64,000 bases of DNA from Neoechinorhynchus agilis. Lineage: Eukaryota > Animalia > Acanthocephala. Position 1 is the stretch's first letter. The number at the start of each line of letters is the position of its first letter. The translations under genes were made by a program, and so were the position numbers. Under the pieces are notes generated by a model. The model saw nothing but the letters and a program-made list of their open reading frames with translations, did not search any database and had not been told where the DNA came from. Where the stretch lies: the NCBI GenBank assembly GCA_051530055.1, contig CM121343.1, positions 1,954,389-2,018,388 of the forward strand. Direction: 5' to 3'. Positions 14,366-25,898 of the stretch are shown here, piece by piece.

Positions 14366-16100
14366 TCAACCTTTGTTATTAAGGGATCTCGATACCGGTT
14401 CTTTTTTGATGGACGATATCCGAGGTTTTTTGGCTCTAATATTAGGTACTACTGTATCACGGTCACCCGTTTGACTTCCATCTAACGACAAGGCTATATC
14501 AGCATTTGAACAGTTCTTTGGACTATTTTCATCATCAGTACTAGTTATTTCAATTAACTCTGGTGATTTTGGGCTCAGGATTTCACAATCAAGTTCGTCT
14601 TCAATAGCTCCAGCAATCACGCTAGAACTATCTAAAGTTCTTTCACTAATTTCTCCATTGCAAGTAAATCGAGTGCATTTCTTCTTTCGCCTACAAGCTT
14701 TGCACCACAAATCAACATGTTGTGATCCATATCGTGCTCTACATTTTCTAATCATTTCTAAAATTGAATTCAATAGCAACTTGCACATTGATAGAGACGG
14801 AAACGTACCTAGATTGGCTGAGTTAGAACTATCATTTGACTCACGATGTATCCTCCGTCGTTTTCGAAGACCATAATTATCCCTTGCACTCCATCCTGGA
14901 TGCTGTTCCATGTGTCTCACTCTTTCCAACCGGGCCATTTCATAGTATTTAGCCTGCTCTTCTTTGCTGAGAGAGTGCCATTTTCGTCCTAGAATCTGAT
15001 TGATTGCGGCGCTTTCTTTTAATGCTGTATCAGTGGCTACTTTGGGCCGATTTTCACGCATGAACAACATGAATGCGTTCAATGGCTTCTTTACATGAGG
15101 CCGTTTTGCAGTCGTAGCTGCTGCCGTCGTCGCTCCAGATTCAACACTGCTGCTACAATTGTTACTGTTGTCAAATAGATACCAAGGACGGTTGTACGAC
15201 GAAGAACTATCCCTTTGGTGCATACGGTCATTATTGCCGATCATCAGCATATTGAGAGAATTATCGTATACACTTGAAGGTGCTATCGGTTGTTGATTAT
15301 AGTATCCATGATTGTACAAGCGTACATTTGGTACATGTTGACCCAAAACAACTGCGGCTAATGCTCTAGCGGCTGCACCGGCTACTGAAGCTTCGTCGTT
15401 AGTTGGTCGACCAAAATAACTGTGATCCTGGGAACAGGCTTGAAACCCATATTGGTTATCTCGGTTAATTTGGGCCCATGCCATTGCACCACAATCCTGA
15501 TTTGGAACGCAACTAGGCGTTACCTCTAAATTTACATAATTACGAGTGTTCGTATTGCCGAATTGACGTTCAATATAATCAGCATTAAAGAACCGGACGG
15601 CGTTCGTTTCATTAATAATCGGCATCCTTGGACCGGGATCACTGGAAGGGTTCGGAAATTGAATGGAATTCCTTGGTTGTGTGGGCGGGTGAACACGTTC
15701 TAAAGTTTGAAATGAAACTCACCATTTAAAAATGGGAAGTCGTAATCGGGGATTTTCAATAAATTGGACCTTAATATCAGATTGATTTACTGAACGTTCG
15801 ATTTCATTGTTGTCGAAGTGAGTCGAATCGTTATCAGGAATCTCAATCTTCGGTTGCTCCTTGAGTCATGGCAGTTAATTTCTTAACAAGACTGAAATGT
15901 CAACTGACCTCAACGTCATCGTCATCGATGTGATTAACGGAATGTTCCACAAGACCAAGTTTATCTTCCATGAGTTGATCAACAGTTGCATCCATGTCGC
16001 CTTCATCTGCAAAGACTTTAACTTCATCCTCGTTCGGTGATGATCCTTTAATTTGTTGACCATCGAAATATAATTTCGAACTTGTAGACACCGTGGACAT
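14366..16100 (-). CDS. TCF: TCF/LEF (pangolin/POP-1) Wnt effector with beta-catenin-binding domain, HMG box, basic tail and C-clamp
   Basis: Exon 1 has [10 protein letters not shown] (beta-catenin binding). HMG box [15 protein letters not shown]...WSARDNYG, then RKRRR and C-clamp KCRARYG...[11 protein letters not shown]. Inferred introns of ~49-51 nt, including 14758-14808. Confidence 0.95.
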
Positions 16101-16584
16101 TTTGGACCACCAATACTCTCACAACCACCACCAATGCTGCTGCTCTTTAAGTCTAAAGGCGGTGAAAGTACGGCTAAATGAGAAGTGATTTTCAATGTTG
16201 AGTGAAGGTTGTTTTCTCAAACAAAACACAAACGCGGTCCTTTGTATTTGTGGGATCAGGACGCACGGATGGCGTGACCGCTAAGACATTATGTGCGTAT
16301 GCAGGCGATTCCATTTGTAGGCTTCCTTTGAATCAAAGTTCCAAATGAATGATATATCTTCTCATTAATCAGTTTACTTGATTCTATGTCGGCTAGCGCG
16401 GTCTGTTTCAAACGAGCCGCTCAACTAGTAAGAAACGTAGCCGCATACTCCTAGACTTCATTAATCTCTTAGAAGGTGATGAGCAGTGTTGTCCATCGCT
16501 TCCTAACCATTATGGAGCCTTCGTTAAGTTATCCACTCACTTGACCGCTAAATAAAATGGTCGACGGAGACGTACATTCACTTT

Positions 16585-19560
16585 TACAGTTGGCATTTTA
16601 GCCTCCTTTAGCGAACCAGAACAATACTTTGGCAGTTTTTTTAACTCATTTGCGGCGAATAAACCCAAAAGTTACATCCTTCCTTTAACAAGTGACACTT
16701 TTTCAATTATGGATACTCAATTAATGAATTCTATTCGCTTCTAGTTACCATTTTAGCCTCCTTTAGCGAACTAGAACAATACTTTGGTAATTTTGCACTC
16801 ATCTGCGTCGGATAAACCAAAAAGTTACATCCTTCCGTTAACAAGTGACACTTTTTCAATTATGGATTCTCACTTAAAGAATTCTATTCGCTTCTACAGT
16901 GACCATTTTAGCCTCCTTTAACGAACCAGAACGATACTTTGGCCATTTTGAACTCATCTGCGTCGGATAAACCAAAAAGTTAACCCTTTCCGTTAACAAG
17001 TGACATTTTTTCAATTATGGATACTCAAAGAATTCTATTCGCTTCTACAGTTACCATTTTAGCCTCCTTTAGCGAACCAGAACGATACTTTGGCCATTTT
17101 GCACTCATCTGCGTCGGATAAACCAAAAAGTTAACCCTTTCCGTTAACAAGTGACATTTTTTCAATTATGGATACTCAAAGAATTCTATTCGCTTCTACA
17201 GTTACCATTTTAGCCTCCTTTAGCGAACCAGAACAATACTTTGGCAATTTTGCACTCATCTGCGTCGGATAAACCAAAAGGTTAACACCTTCCGTTAACA
17301 AGTGACATTTTTTCAATTATGGATACTCAAAGAATTCTATTCGCTTCTACAGTTACCATTTTAGCCTCCTTTAGCGAACCAGAACAATACTTTGGCCATT
17401 TTGCACTCATCTGCGTCGGATAAACCCAAAGGTTAACACCTTCCGTTTATAAGTGACATTTTTTCAATTATGGATACTCAAAGAATTCTATTCGCTTCTA
17501 CAGTTACCATTTTAGCTTCCTTTAGCGAACCAGAACAATATTTTGGCCATTTTGCACTATTCTGGCGGATAAACCCAAAGGTTAACACCTTCCGTTTATA
17601 AGTGACATTTTTTCAATTATGGATACTCAAAGAATTCTATTCGCTTCTACAGTTACCATTTTAGCTTCCTTTAGCGAACCAGAACAATATTTTGCCATTT
17701 TGCACTCATCTGCGTCGGATAAACCAAAAGTTAACACTCGTTAACAAGTGACATTTTTTCAATTATGGATACTCAGAATTCTATTCGCCACAGTTACCAT
17801 TTTCCTTTAGCGAACCAGAACGATACTTTGGTAATTTTGCACTCATCTGCGTCGGATAAACCAAAAGGTTAACACCTTCCGTTAACAAGTGACATTTTTT
17901 CAATTATGGATACTCAAAGAATTCTATTCGCTTCTACAGTTACCATTTTAGCCTCCTTTAGCGAACCAGAACAATACTTTGGCCATTTTGCACTCATCTG
18001 CGTCGGATAAACCCAAAAGTTAACACCTTCCGTTTATAAGTGACATTTTTTCAATTATGGATACTCAAAGAATTCTATTCGCTTCTACAGTTACCATTTT
18101 AGCCTCCTTTAGCGAACCAGAACAATACTTTGGCCATTTTGCACTCATCTGCGTCGGATAAACCAAAAAGTTAACACCTTCCGTTAACAAGTGACATTTT
18201 TTCAATTATGGATACTCAAAGAATTCTATTCGCTTCTACAGTTACCATTTTAGCTTCCTTTAGCGAACCAGAACAATATTTGGCCATTTTGCACTCATCT
18301 GCGTCGGATAAACCAAAAAGTTAACACCTTCCGTTTACATGACATTTTTTCATTATATATCAAAGAATTCTATTCGCTTCTACAGTTACCATTTTAGCCT
18401 CCTTTAGCGAACCAGAAATACTTTGGCAATTTTGCACTCATCTGCGTCGGATAAACAAAAAAGTTAACACCTTCCGTTAACAAGTGTCAAAGAATTCCAT
18501 TCGCTTCTACAGTTAAAATTTTAGCTTTCTTTAGCGAACCAGAACAATACTTTGGCAGTTTTGCACTCATTTGCGGCGGACAAAACCAAAAGTTTGCATC
18601 TTCCGTTTACAAGTGACATTTTTTCAATTATGGATACTTAAAGAATTCTATTCGCTTCTACAGTTACCATTTTAGCCTTCGTTAGCGAACCAGAACGATA
18701 CTTTGGCCATTTTGCACTCATCTGCGTCGGATAAACCAAAAGGTTAACACCTTCCGTTTATAAGTGACATTTTTTCAATTATGGATTCTCAAAGAATTCT
18801 ATTCGCTTCTACAGTTACCATTTTAGCCTCCTTTAGCGAACAAGAACAATATTTTGGCCATTTTGCACTCATCTGCGTCGGATAAACCAAAAAGTTAACA
18901 CCTTCCGTTCACAAGTGACATTTTTTCAATTATGGATATCGAATTAAAGAATTCTATTCGCTTCCACAGTTACCATTTTAGCTTCTTTTAGCGAACCAGA
19001 ACGATACTTTGGTAATTTTTCACTGATCTGCGTCGGATAAACCCAAAAATTAACACCTTCCGTTAACATGTGACATTTTTCAATTATTTATACCAATTGA
19101 AGAATTCTATTCGCTTCTACAGTTATCATTTTAGGCTCCTTTAGCGAACCAGAACAATATTTTGGCAATTTTGCACTCATTGGCGTCGGATAAACCAAAA
19201 AGTTAACACCTTCCATTAACAAGTGACATTTTTTCAATTATGGATACTCAAAGAATTCTATTCGCTTCTACAGTTACCATTTTATCCTCCGTTAGCGAAC
19301 CAGAAAATACTTTGGCCATTTTGCACTCATCTGCGTCGGATAGCCCGAAAAGTAAACACCTTCCGTTAACAAGTGACATTTTTTCAGTTATGGATTCTCA
19401 CTCAAAGAATTCTATTCGCTTCTACAGTTACCATTTTAGCCTCCTTTAGCGAACCAGAACAATACTTTGGCCGTTTTGCATTCATCTGCGTCGGATAGCC
19501 CGAAAAGTAAACACCTTCCGTTAACAAGTGACATTTTTTCAATTATGGATAGTCAATTTA
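16585..19560. repeat. 151-bp tandem satellite, about 20 copies
   Basis: The unit 'ttaccattttagcctcc...cgcttctacag' recurs at 17051, 17202 and 17353 (period 151). Edge units are more diverged. Confidence 0.95.
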
Positions 19561-20524
19561 AGAGTTTTAATGGCTCTGAAGAGCTTACAAGCATTATTCA
19601 AAGCAGCCGTCCTTGTTTAGTTGTCGAAAGGCGGTTGCAGCTTTGTCATCATTTCGCCCTTAGATTTTAAGTGATTTATGTGACTATTTTCAAGCGAAAA
19701 ACAATTAAGTTTCAATAGTTTCGTCATTTGTTTTATTACTATATTTTCAATGGCAATCCACGGCAAAAAAATGCACCCTGCTAATATTCATCGGCTGACG
19801 TCGATTATTATAAACTATAAAGCCTAAATCGATCATAATTAGTCGTCTTTTTAGGATAAGAAGGTTCAACACATAAGTCCATTCATTCGACTACAAAGTT
19901 CAATTAAATTCGTGTTCTCATTTGTTGTATAAACCTGTAAATGCAAACGATGGCAAAATATTGGCAACAGTTTCACTTTGTTAAGCTGTAAATTATTGCC
20001 ACTTTTTGCGTTCTAGACAGCATAGCTAAAGCATGAACATTTAAATATCAGCCAAATCGTTATAAATTCCTTCTGACACTTTGTGTAATGCAACTCTTCT
20101 ATCCCAGCATTGCAATAGATTAGTGGAGTACTTTTATGAGTACTAAGAAACTACTTTGTCCCGGCAGCATTGAAAATTTTCAAAAAGTGGTCCTAATGGA
20201 ATTTGTTTGTAAAATTTCACAATTCTTAGATACATAGAAGAAGCTAATAGTTAGCTGCAAAGCGAACGGTCTATACGTTTATTAAAAAAAGTGTCCAGAA
20301 TTTAATCGAGGCAATGACCTCCTGGAAAATCCCTTTGACACCACAAATATTTTGGATTTAGCGCACGACTAATGCGCGATTAAATCGATTTCATGCTTTC
20401 GCTATTTTATCCTTGATTTTTAACTCGCCTAGAATTCGATTTATCAGTCCAAATGAGATTTAAAAAACACTACAGATCACAATTTAAATTATGGTGATCA
20501 TAACCATATGATAAAACATATTTT

Positions 20525-21720
20525 ATTTAGTTGAAATATTTCACAGCGAAACCTCGCCTCGTGATAAAGAGAAAATCCTTCGGGATGATAGATTTGGCGA
20601 CGTGGTGATCAAAATCCACGGGTAAAAAATATTTTATCGATTTGTAATATTTCACGACGAAGCTTCGCTTCATCAGCAAGAGAAAATCCTTCGGGATGAC
20701 AGATTTAGCGATGTGGTGAACACAATCTCCGGGTAAAATATATTTTTTGATTTGTAATATTTCACGCCGAAGCCTCACCTCATCAGCAAGAGAAAATCCT
20801 CCGGGGTAATAGATTTGGCGATGTGGTGATCAAAATCCCCGGGTAAAAGATATTTTATCGATTTGTAATATTTCACGACGAGGCCTCGCTTCATCATAAA
20901 GAGAAAATCCTTCGGGGTGTTAGAAATCACGATGTTTTGATCATTATCCCCGAATAAAAGATATATTATCGATTTGTAATATTTCACGATGAAGCTTTGC
21001 TTCATCATAAAGAGAAAATCCTTCGAGGTGTTAGAAGTCGCGATGTGGTGATCATTATCCCCGGATACAACATATTTTATCGATTTGTAATATTTCACGA
21101 CGAGGCCTCGCTTCATCATAAAGAGAAAATCCTTCGGGGTGTTAGAAATCACGATGTTTTGATCATTATCCCCGAATAAAAGATATATTATCGATTTGTA
21201 ATATTTCACGATGAAGCTTTGCTTCATCATAAAGAGAAAATCCTTCGAGGTGTTAGAAGTCGCGATGTGGTGATCATTATCCCCGGATACAACATATTTT
21301 ATCGATTTGTAATATTTCACGACGAGGCCTCGCTTCATCATAAAGAGAAAATCCTTCGGGGTGTTAGAAATCACGATGTTTTGATCATTATCCCCGAATA
21401 AAAGATATATTATCGATTTGTAATATTTCACGATGAAGCTTTGCTTCATCATAAAGAGAAAATCCTTCGAGGTGTTAGAAGTCGCGATGTGGTGATCATT
21501 ATCCCCGGATACAACATATTTTATTGATTTGTAGTATTTCACGAAAATGCCACGCTTAATCATCAAGAGAAAATCCTTCGGGGTGATAAATTTAGCGATG
21601 TGGTGATCATAATACCCGGGATAAAATATATTTTATTGATTTGTAATATTTCACGATAAAGCAACGTTTGATCATCAAGAGAAAATCCTTCGGGAGGATA
21701 GATTTGGCGATGTAGTGATT
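20525..21720. repeat. 111-bp tandem repeat with a near-identical 222-bp A/B higher-order core
   Basis: Identical ORFs at 20997 and 21219 (offset 222). Alternating 37-aa translations on the minus strand. Diverged monomers at both ends. Confidence 0.93.
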
Positions 21721-22074
21721 TTTTCTTTTGGCACACATCCCACCGATCCGGTTCAGGGCTAATAAATTATCAGCCGTGAGGCCACGTGTAGATACTAAAA
21801 AGTAACCGGCTAACCAGACTTCAAAAAAATGAAAATAAAAATATTTTATTAATTTGAAATACGTTTGCATCATCCCGGAGGATTTCCTCTAAATGATTGA
21901 CAGATCATAATATTTTGGAACCACGCCTGCGATTTGTTTTTTATTGCGGAAAAACTGAAGGAATTTATTAACTCCGATATTTCGGCACGATCGTTTGCCT
22001 TTATCAAGATACTCACGGCACAAGATTGTGCAACTTCAAACACAACTACGATTATTTTTCAACTAAGTTTCTGC

Positions 22075-22279
22075 GAACGTGGGGAAAAATTATATATCCA
22101 AGATGACTTTGATTGAAATATTTCGTCGAATCACGCTGGACTTCTTTAGTCAATTATTACTTGTAAGTATTTAAATAATTTAAAAACTTACAAGCAATAA
22201 TTGACTGAAGAAGTCCAGCGTGATTGGACGAAATATTTCAATAAAAGTCATCTCGGATATATAATTTTTCCCCACGTTC
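22075..22279. mobile_element. 205-bp fold-back (palindromic) element carrying a hammerhead motif
   Basis: Arms of ~100 bp (gaacgtggggaaaaattatatatcc... / ...ggatatataatttttccccacgttc) with about 6 mismatches and a loop of a few nt. Confidence 0.75.
22200..22242 (+). ncRNA. Minimal type-I hammerhead ribozyme motif
   Basis: ATTGA (stem I) - CTGAAGA - A - GTCCA/gcgtgat/TGGAC (stem II) - GAA - ATAT (palindromic stem III) - T (cleavage site) - TCAAT (stem I, 5/5 pairs). Confidence 0.7.
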
Positions 22280-24076
22280 ACATACTCATGGATTTTATCT
22301 TTAACTAAGTTTCTCTAACTTGCTGGACTATGTTCTGGACTTTATCTGGAAAATAGGAAATATTGTATTATTTTGCTGGGTTTAGGGTTTCTGTTCTTAG
22401 TTCACAAACTGGTATAATGTGAGACTACAAATTTCAGTCAACTGGAAACTGCTCCTTCACGTATTTGCATCAATCTTTCAAAAGGCAAGCAAAGCAAATA
22501 ATGGGGACACCGGTTAACCGATATTGTGTATTCCTTTATCATTATTTGGTCTATACTTGGTGCTATATCTCTAAACCAAATCGTGCCGCTACCTCATTAT
22601 GGAAACCTCTGAAACCCGATCCACTTGGACGTAATGACTTCCATTTTATACATAAAAGGATATTCCTTCCGATTAAATTGTCTCAGTTTTACGAACGTAG
22701 AAATCGCAGCTCGGAAAAACAGGTTAAATAGCTGGTCCAGCAGTCCACAACCAGCATCCACTCGTGAATTACTTTAGAATAAAAGTAGGTAACTCAAAAA
22801 GCAAGAAAATTGCTGAATTTGAAGGTGAGACAATTTCCATAATTCGACTAAGTTTCTATTTTTCTGCATGTCCGCCAGTTCAATGAAACCCTCGAGCATT
22901 CTAATAAACCACCGGGCATTTTTACACCGCAAAAACGGGTTGCACTTTACGTCACAAGCGCGGTGAATATTAAATATCGTATTTAAACGTTTGCCTGATT
23001 GAGCGTAGGTTAATAATCTTTCAATATTAGTGTTTGCAGTTAGTCTGATATTTACGTCGGAAGCTATAAGCTCGTTAGATATTTAGCGTTGTCAATTACG
23101 CCGTAACGACTTGTTGAACGTTTTTGCTTTTCCAAACGTATTGTTTTCGATCTTGCCTACAACTTCGTTAGATTGAGTTTTGAAACAATGAGCGTTAAAG
23201 TAGGCTTCGACATGATCTTTTGAACAGCTCAACCACTCACGTGCTCATTCTCAACCGCAAAAGCCACGCTCAGCGCATTATGCCACCTTTACGGTCTGAC
23301 GAACTACAGCTTGGAAAAATAGCAATGTCAATTGGTTCCCTCATGGACATCGCATTCGTACAAGATTGATTAGGAACCATATCATGACAGAGGATCTTAT
23401 GTAATTCCTGCTGTTATCATTGCTAACTTTTTAGAGGCACAGTATCCTTGACTTTTAAGGGATCAAAACCGCAAAGGCGGGAAACGGCCAATCTGTGGCT
23501 ATAAATTCGTGGCTAAGCAGCTGATGATAGTAGGTTTATCAATTTCGAAAATTCTTATAAGTTGCTCCGTACATGCTTTCTAAAAAATTCACAATTCCAT
23601 ATCAACGATGATCTCTCAAGTTAAGGGATCAAAATCCAATTCACAAATTCCTCTTTTTTCCAGCCCGGCCCCTCCGTTTATGTAAAAATGCCAATATCTG
23701 ACTTAAAATCCAAACTTGCTTTATCCACAACAAAAAGTTGTACTAGTTTTCAGTACAGGATAATAAGCAAGGATGATAGTCCTTCCCATTATGTTTTCAA
23801 GATATTCCATAAACACGCCGATTAGAGCGATATCACACGGTGGTCGTGCTCAAGGTAAATGTATATTTTCCGATAAGATTGAGGGTACACGCGAGTGTGT
23901 GGGTATGCATATAAACGCCCTCGAATAATAAGAGGCCCGGGTTTCTACATTTGATTCCAGATACGATACATGGCTGAATCGCGTTTACTCGAGTCGGGTG
24001 TCCCAGAAGAGCGACAACCAATTCAGTAAGTTCCACGTTTTTTATCATCGGATTCTCTCACATTAAACTAATTTAG

Positions 24077-25025
24077 GGAGAAGAATGGCTTATTTAGTCG
24101 AATAATTAGGCCACTCTTGGCTGAATTCGTAAGTGGCTCGTTTGCGTATCTACACTAATCGCCATCATCATCATCGTAGAACGGCACATGTTGTTATCTT
24201 TTAATCGGGATGCTCGTTTGGTGTTCAACGAGTGATTATATTGCAACGGCGATCGCATTTGGTATTGGTCTGGCCGCATACCTTGCTTGTTTTGGTCATA
24301 TTAGGTATGTAGGGCAGAAAATTTGTTACTAACTTTCCATTCAAAAAATACCCAGTGGTGGACATTTCAATCCAGCAACCACTCTTGCTGTTTTTGTGGC
24401 GGGCGAAGTGCACTTTGTTCTAGCTGCAATATATGTTGTAACTCAGTTAATCGGTGGAATCGTTGCTGCTGCACTCGTAAAGCTTTTATGGAGAGGACCC
24501 TGCGCTCATGATGGCAGTGATGTCGCGGATCATCAAACGCGAGAAGTTCTCCAGGACGTTTCTGATGGTCAAGCGCATGAACTTGTCGATGAGGTTAACG
24601 ATGTGATTAGACAATTTCAAATCAAAGATGTGATGGACAACTCATGGTGGTTGCAAGTGATCGCGGAAGCCTTATTGACGATGATCTTTACATTTGTCAT
24701 TTTGATGACTACGAAGGATAGAATGTCAAAAACCGGATTAGCGCCGTTCCTCGTCGGTCTGACTCTAACAGCGTGTATGTTAGCCGGTGGTAAAATCAGT
24801 CAAGGACACTTGAATCCGGCAAGAAGTCTAGGAAGCGCTATCTTATCAGGACAATGGACTCGACATTATATTTACTGGGCAGGTCCAGTATTAGGCGCGT
24901 TGATTTCTGGCCTAATCTACAGGTAATTCTTTGTCTAAGATATACACACAAGTAGTTAAATTTTGTTTTTTAGATTTGTTTTCGCTCATAATCATTATCG
25001 CTTTAATAAGCGATCGAGGAGATGA
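24077..25025 (+). CDS. Aquaporin (MIP family), AQP8-like; first exon not located
   Basis: The spliced model gives LLAEF-NGT...GHISGGHFNPA...GHLNPARSLGSAILSGQWTRHYIYWAGPVLGALISGLIYR, with two NPA boxes and three 51-nt GT-AG introns. Confidence 0.92.
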
Positions 25026-25898
25026 GAGGCATTAACAACAGATACATTAGGTCGTGATAGTTAGTTGCGATGTGCCAAGTTTCACATCGCCTTAGAAAAA
25101 GGAGCAGAGTATGCTTCTGGCATTCTTCACAACACCATGACCCTAACCCGTTTCTTTTTAATATCATCAAGAACATTCTTGCATTAGTTTGAAAGTTGTT
25201 GGCGGCGGCGGCACTGTGAGTTCATGAGAGAAAGTGAACTCGGTTAAGTCATATGCATTCGTGATTGAGGTGTCAAAGTCCTCGAAGCACGTCCGGGTGT
25301 AAAATCACGGTGAACAAGGCGTCTACGTCTTACACGAGTTTCACAATTTTTCGCCGGTGCAATTGCTACACAAAGCCTTGGTTGGCGGATTTTGGGCGCA
25401 ACGCTGGACATTGTGGATCCAGAGTGGAGCCACCACTGTATGGGGAAGTGAAGATGCGCATCGAGGCGTAACGGCCTACGTCGCAGTAGAAGTAGTAGTA
25501 GTCGTAGTTTTGTCGAACACCACCGATTGTAGCTCGCTGTGCATGTGCATTGTTGGCGTTGATGGTGGTGGTAGTGGTTGTAGTAATAGCGGCAGAGCAG
25601 CACCACCAGCAGCACCAATAGAGCAGCAGCGTTCTAGTTAGCACTTGGGGTGGTACACCCCAACGCTCTCTCTCTCGCGAATGGGCGTCCTCAGCTTCCC
25701 ATTGCTTTGTGTGCTCTCACACCCCCGTTAAGGAGACGCTTTCAGTGATCTGAAAGGGAGATGGCGCTTGGCAATAAGTACTTACGACGTTCTTTTCCAT
25801 TAGTAGTCCTTTTATATGTACACACGAACACAACTCAGCGATGATGAACCTTCTCTGACAACCTTTTCTCAGATTTGGTGCATTCTCACCTTAAAGCA

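Noticed and set aside
16585-19560. CRISPR array, TCF autoregulatory sites or a hammerhead in the 151-bp satellite
   Set aside because: There are no unique spacers. CTTTGG/CTTTGAG do not match CTTTGWW. The minus-strand cagatgagtgcaaaa has two core mismatches and no valid stem III.
20775-21566. 263-aa repeat-protein ORF (37-aa units)
   Set aside because: The 111-bp period keeps a frame open automatically, and flanking units contain frameshifts (~20760, ~21620). There is no evidence of coding constraint.
23293-23325. CTGACGA...GAAA hammerhead-like string
   Set aside because: No convincing stem II or stem III.
23520-23560. CTGATGA...GAAAATTC hammerhead-like string
   Set aside because: Stem II does not close next to GAAA and stem I pairing is poor.
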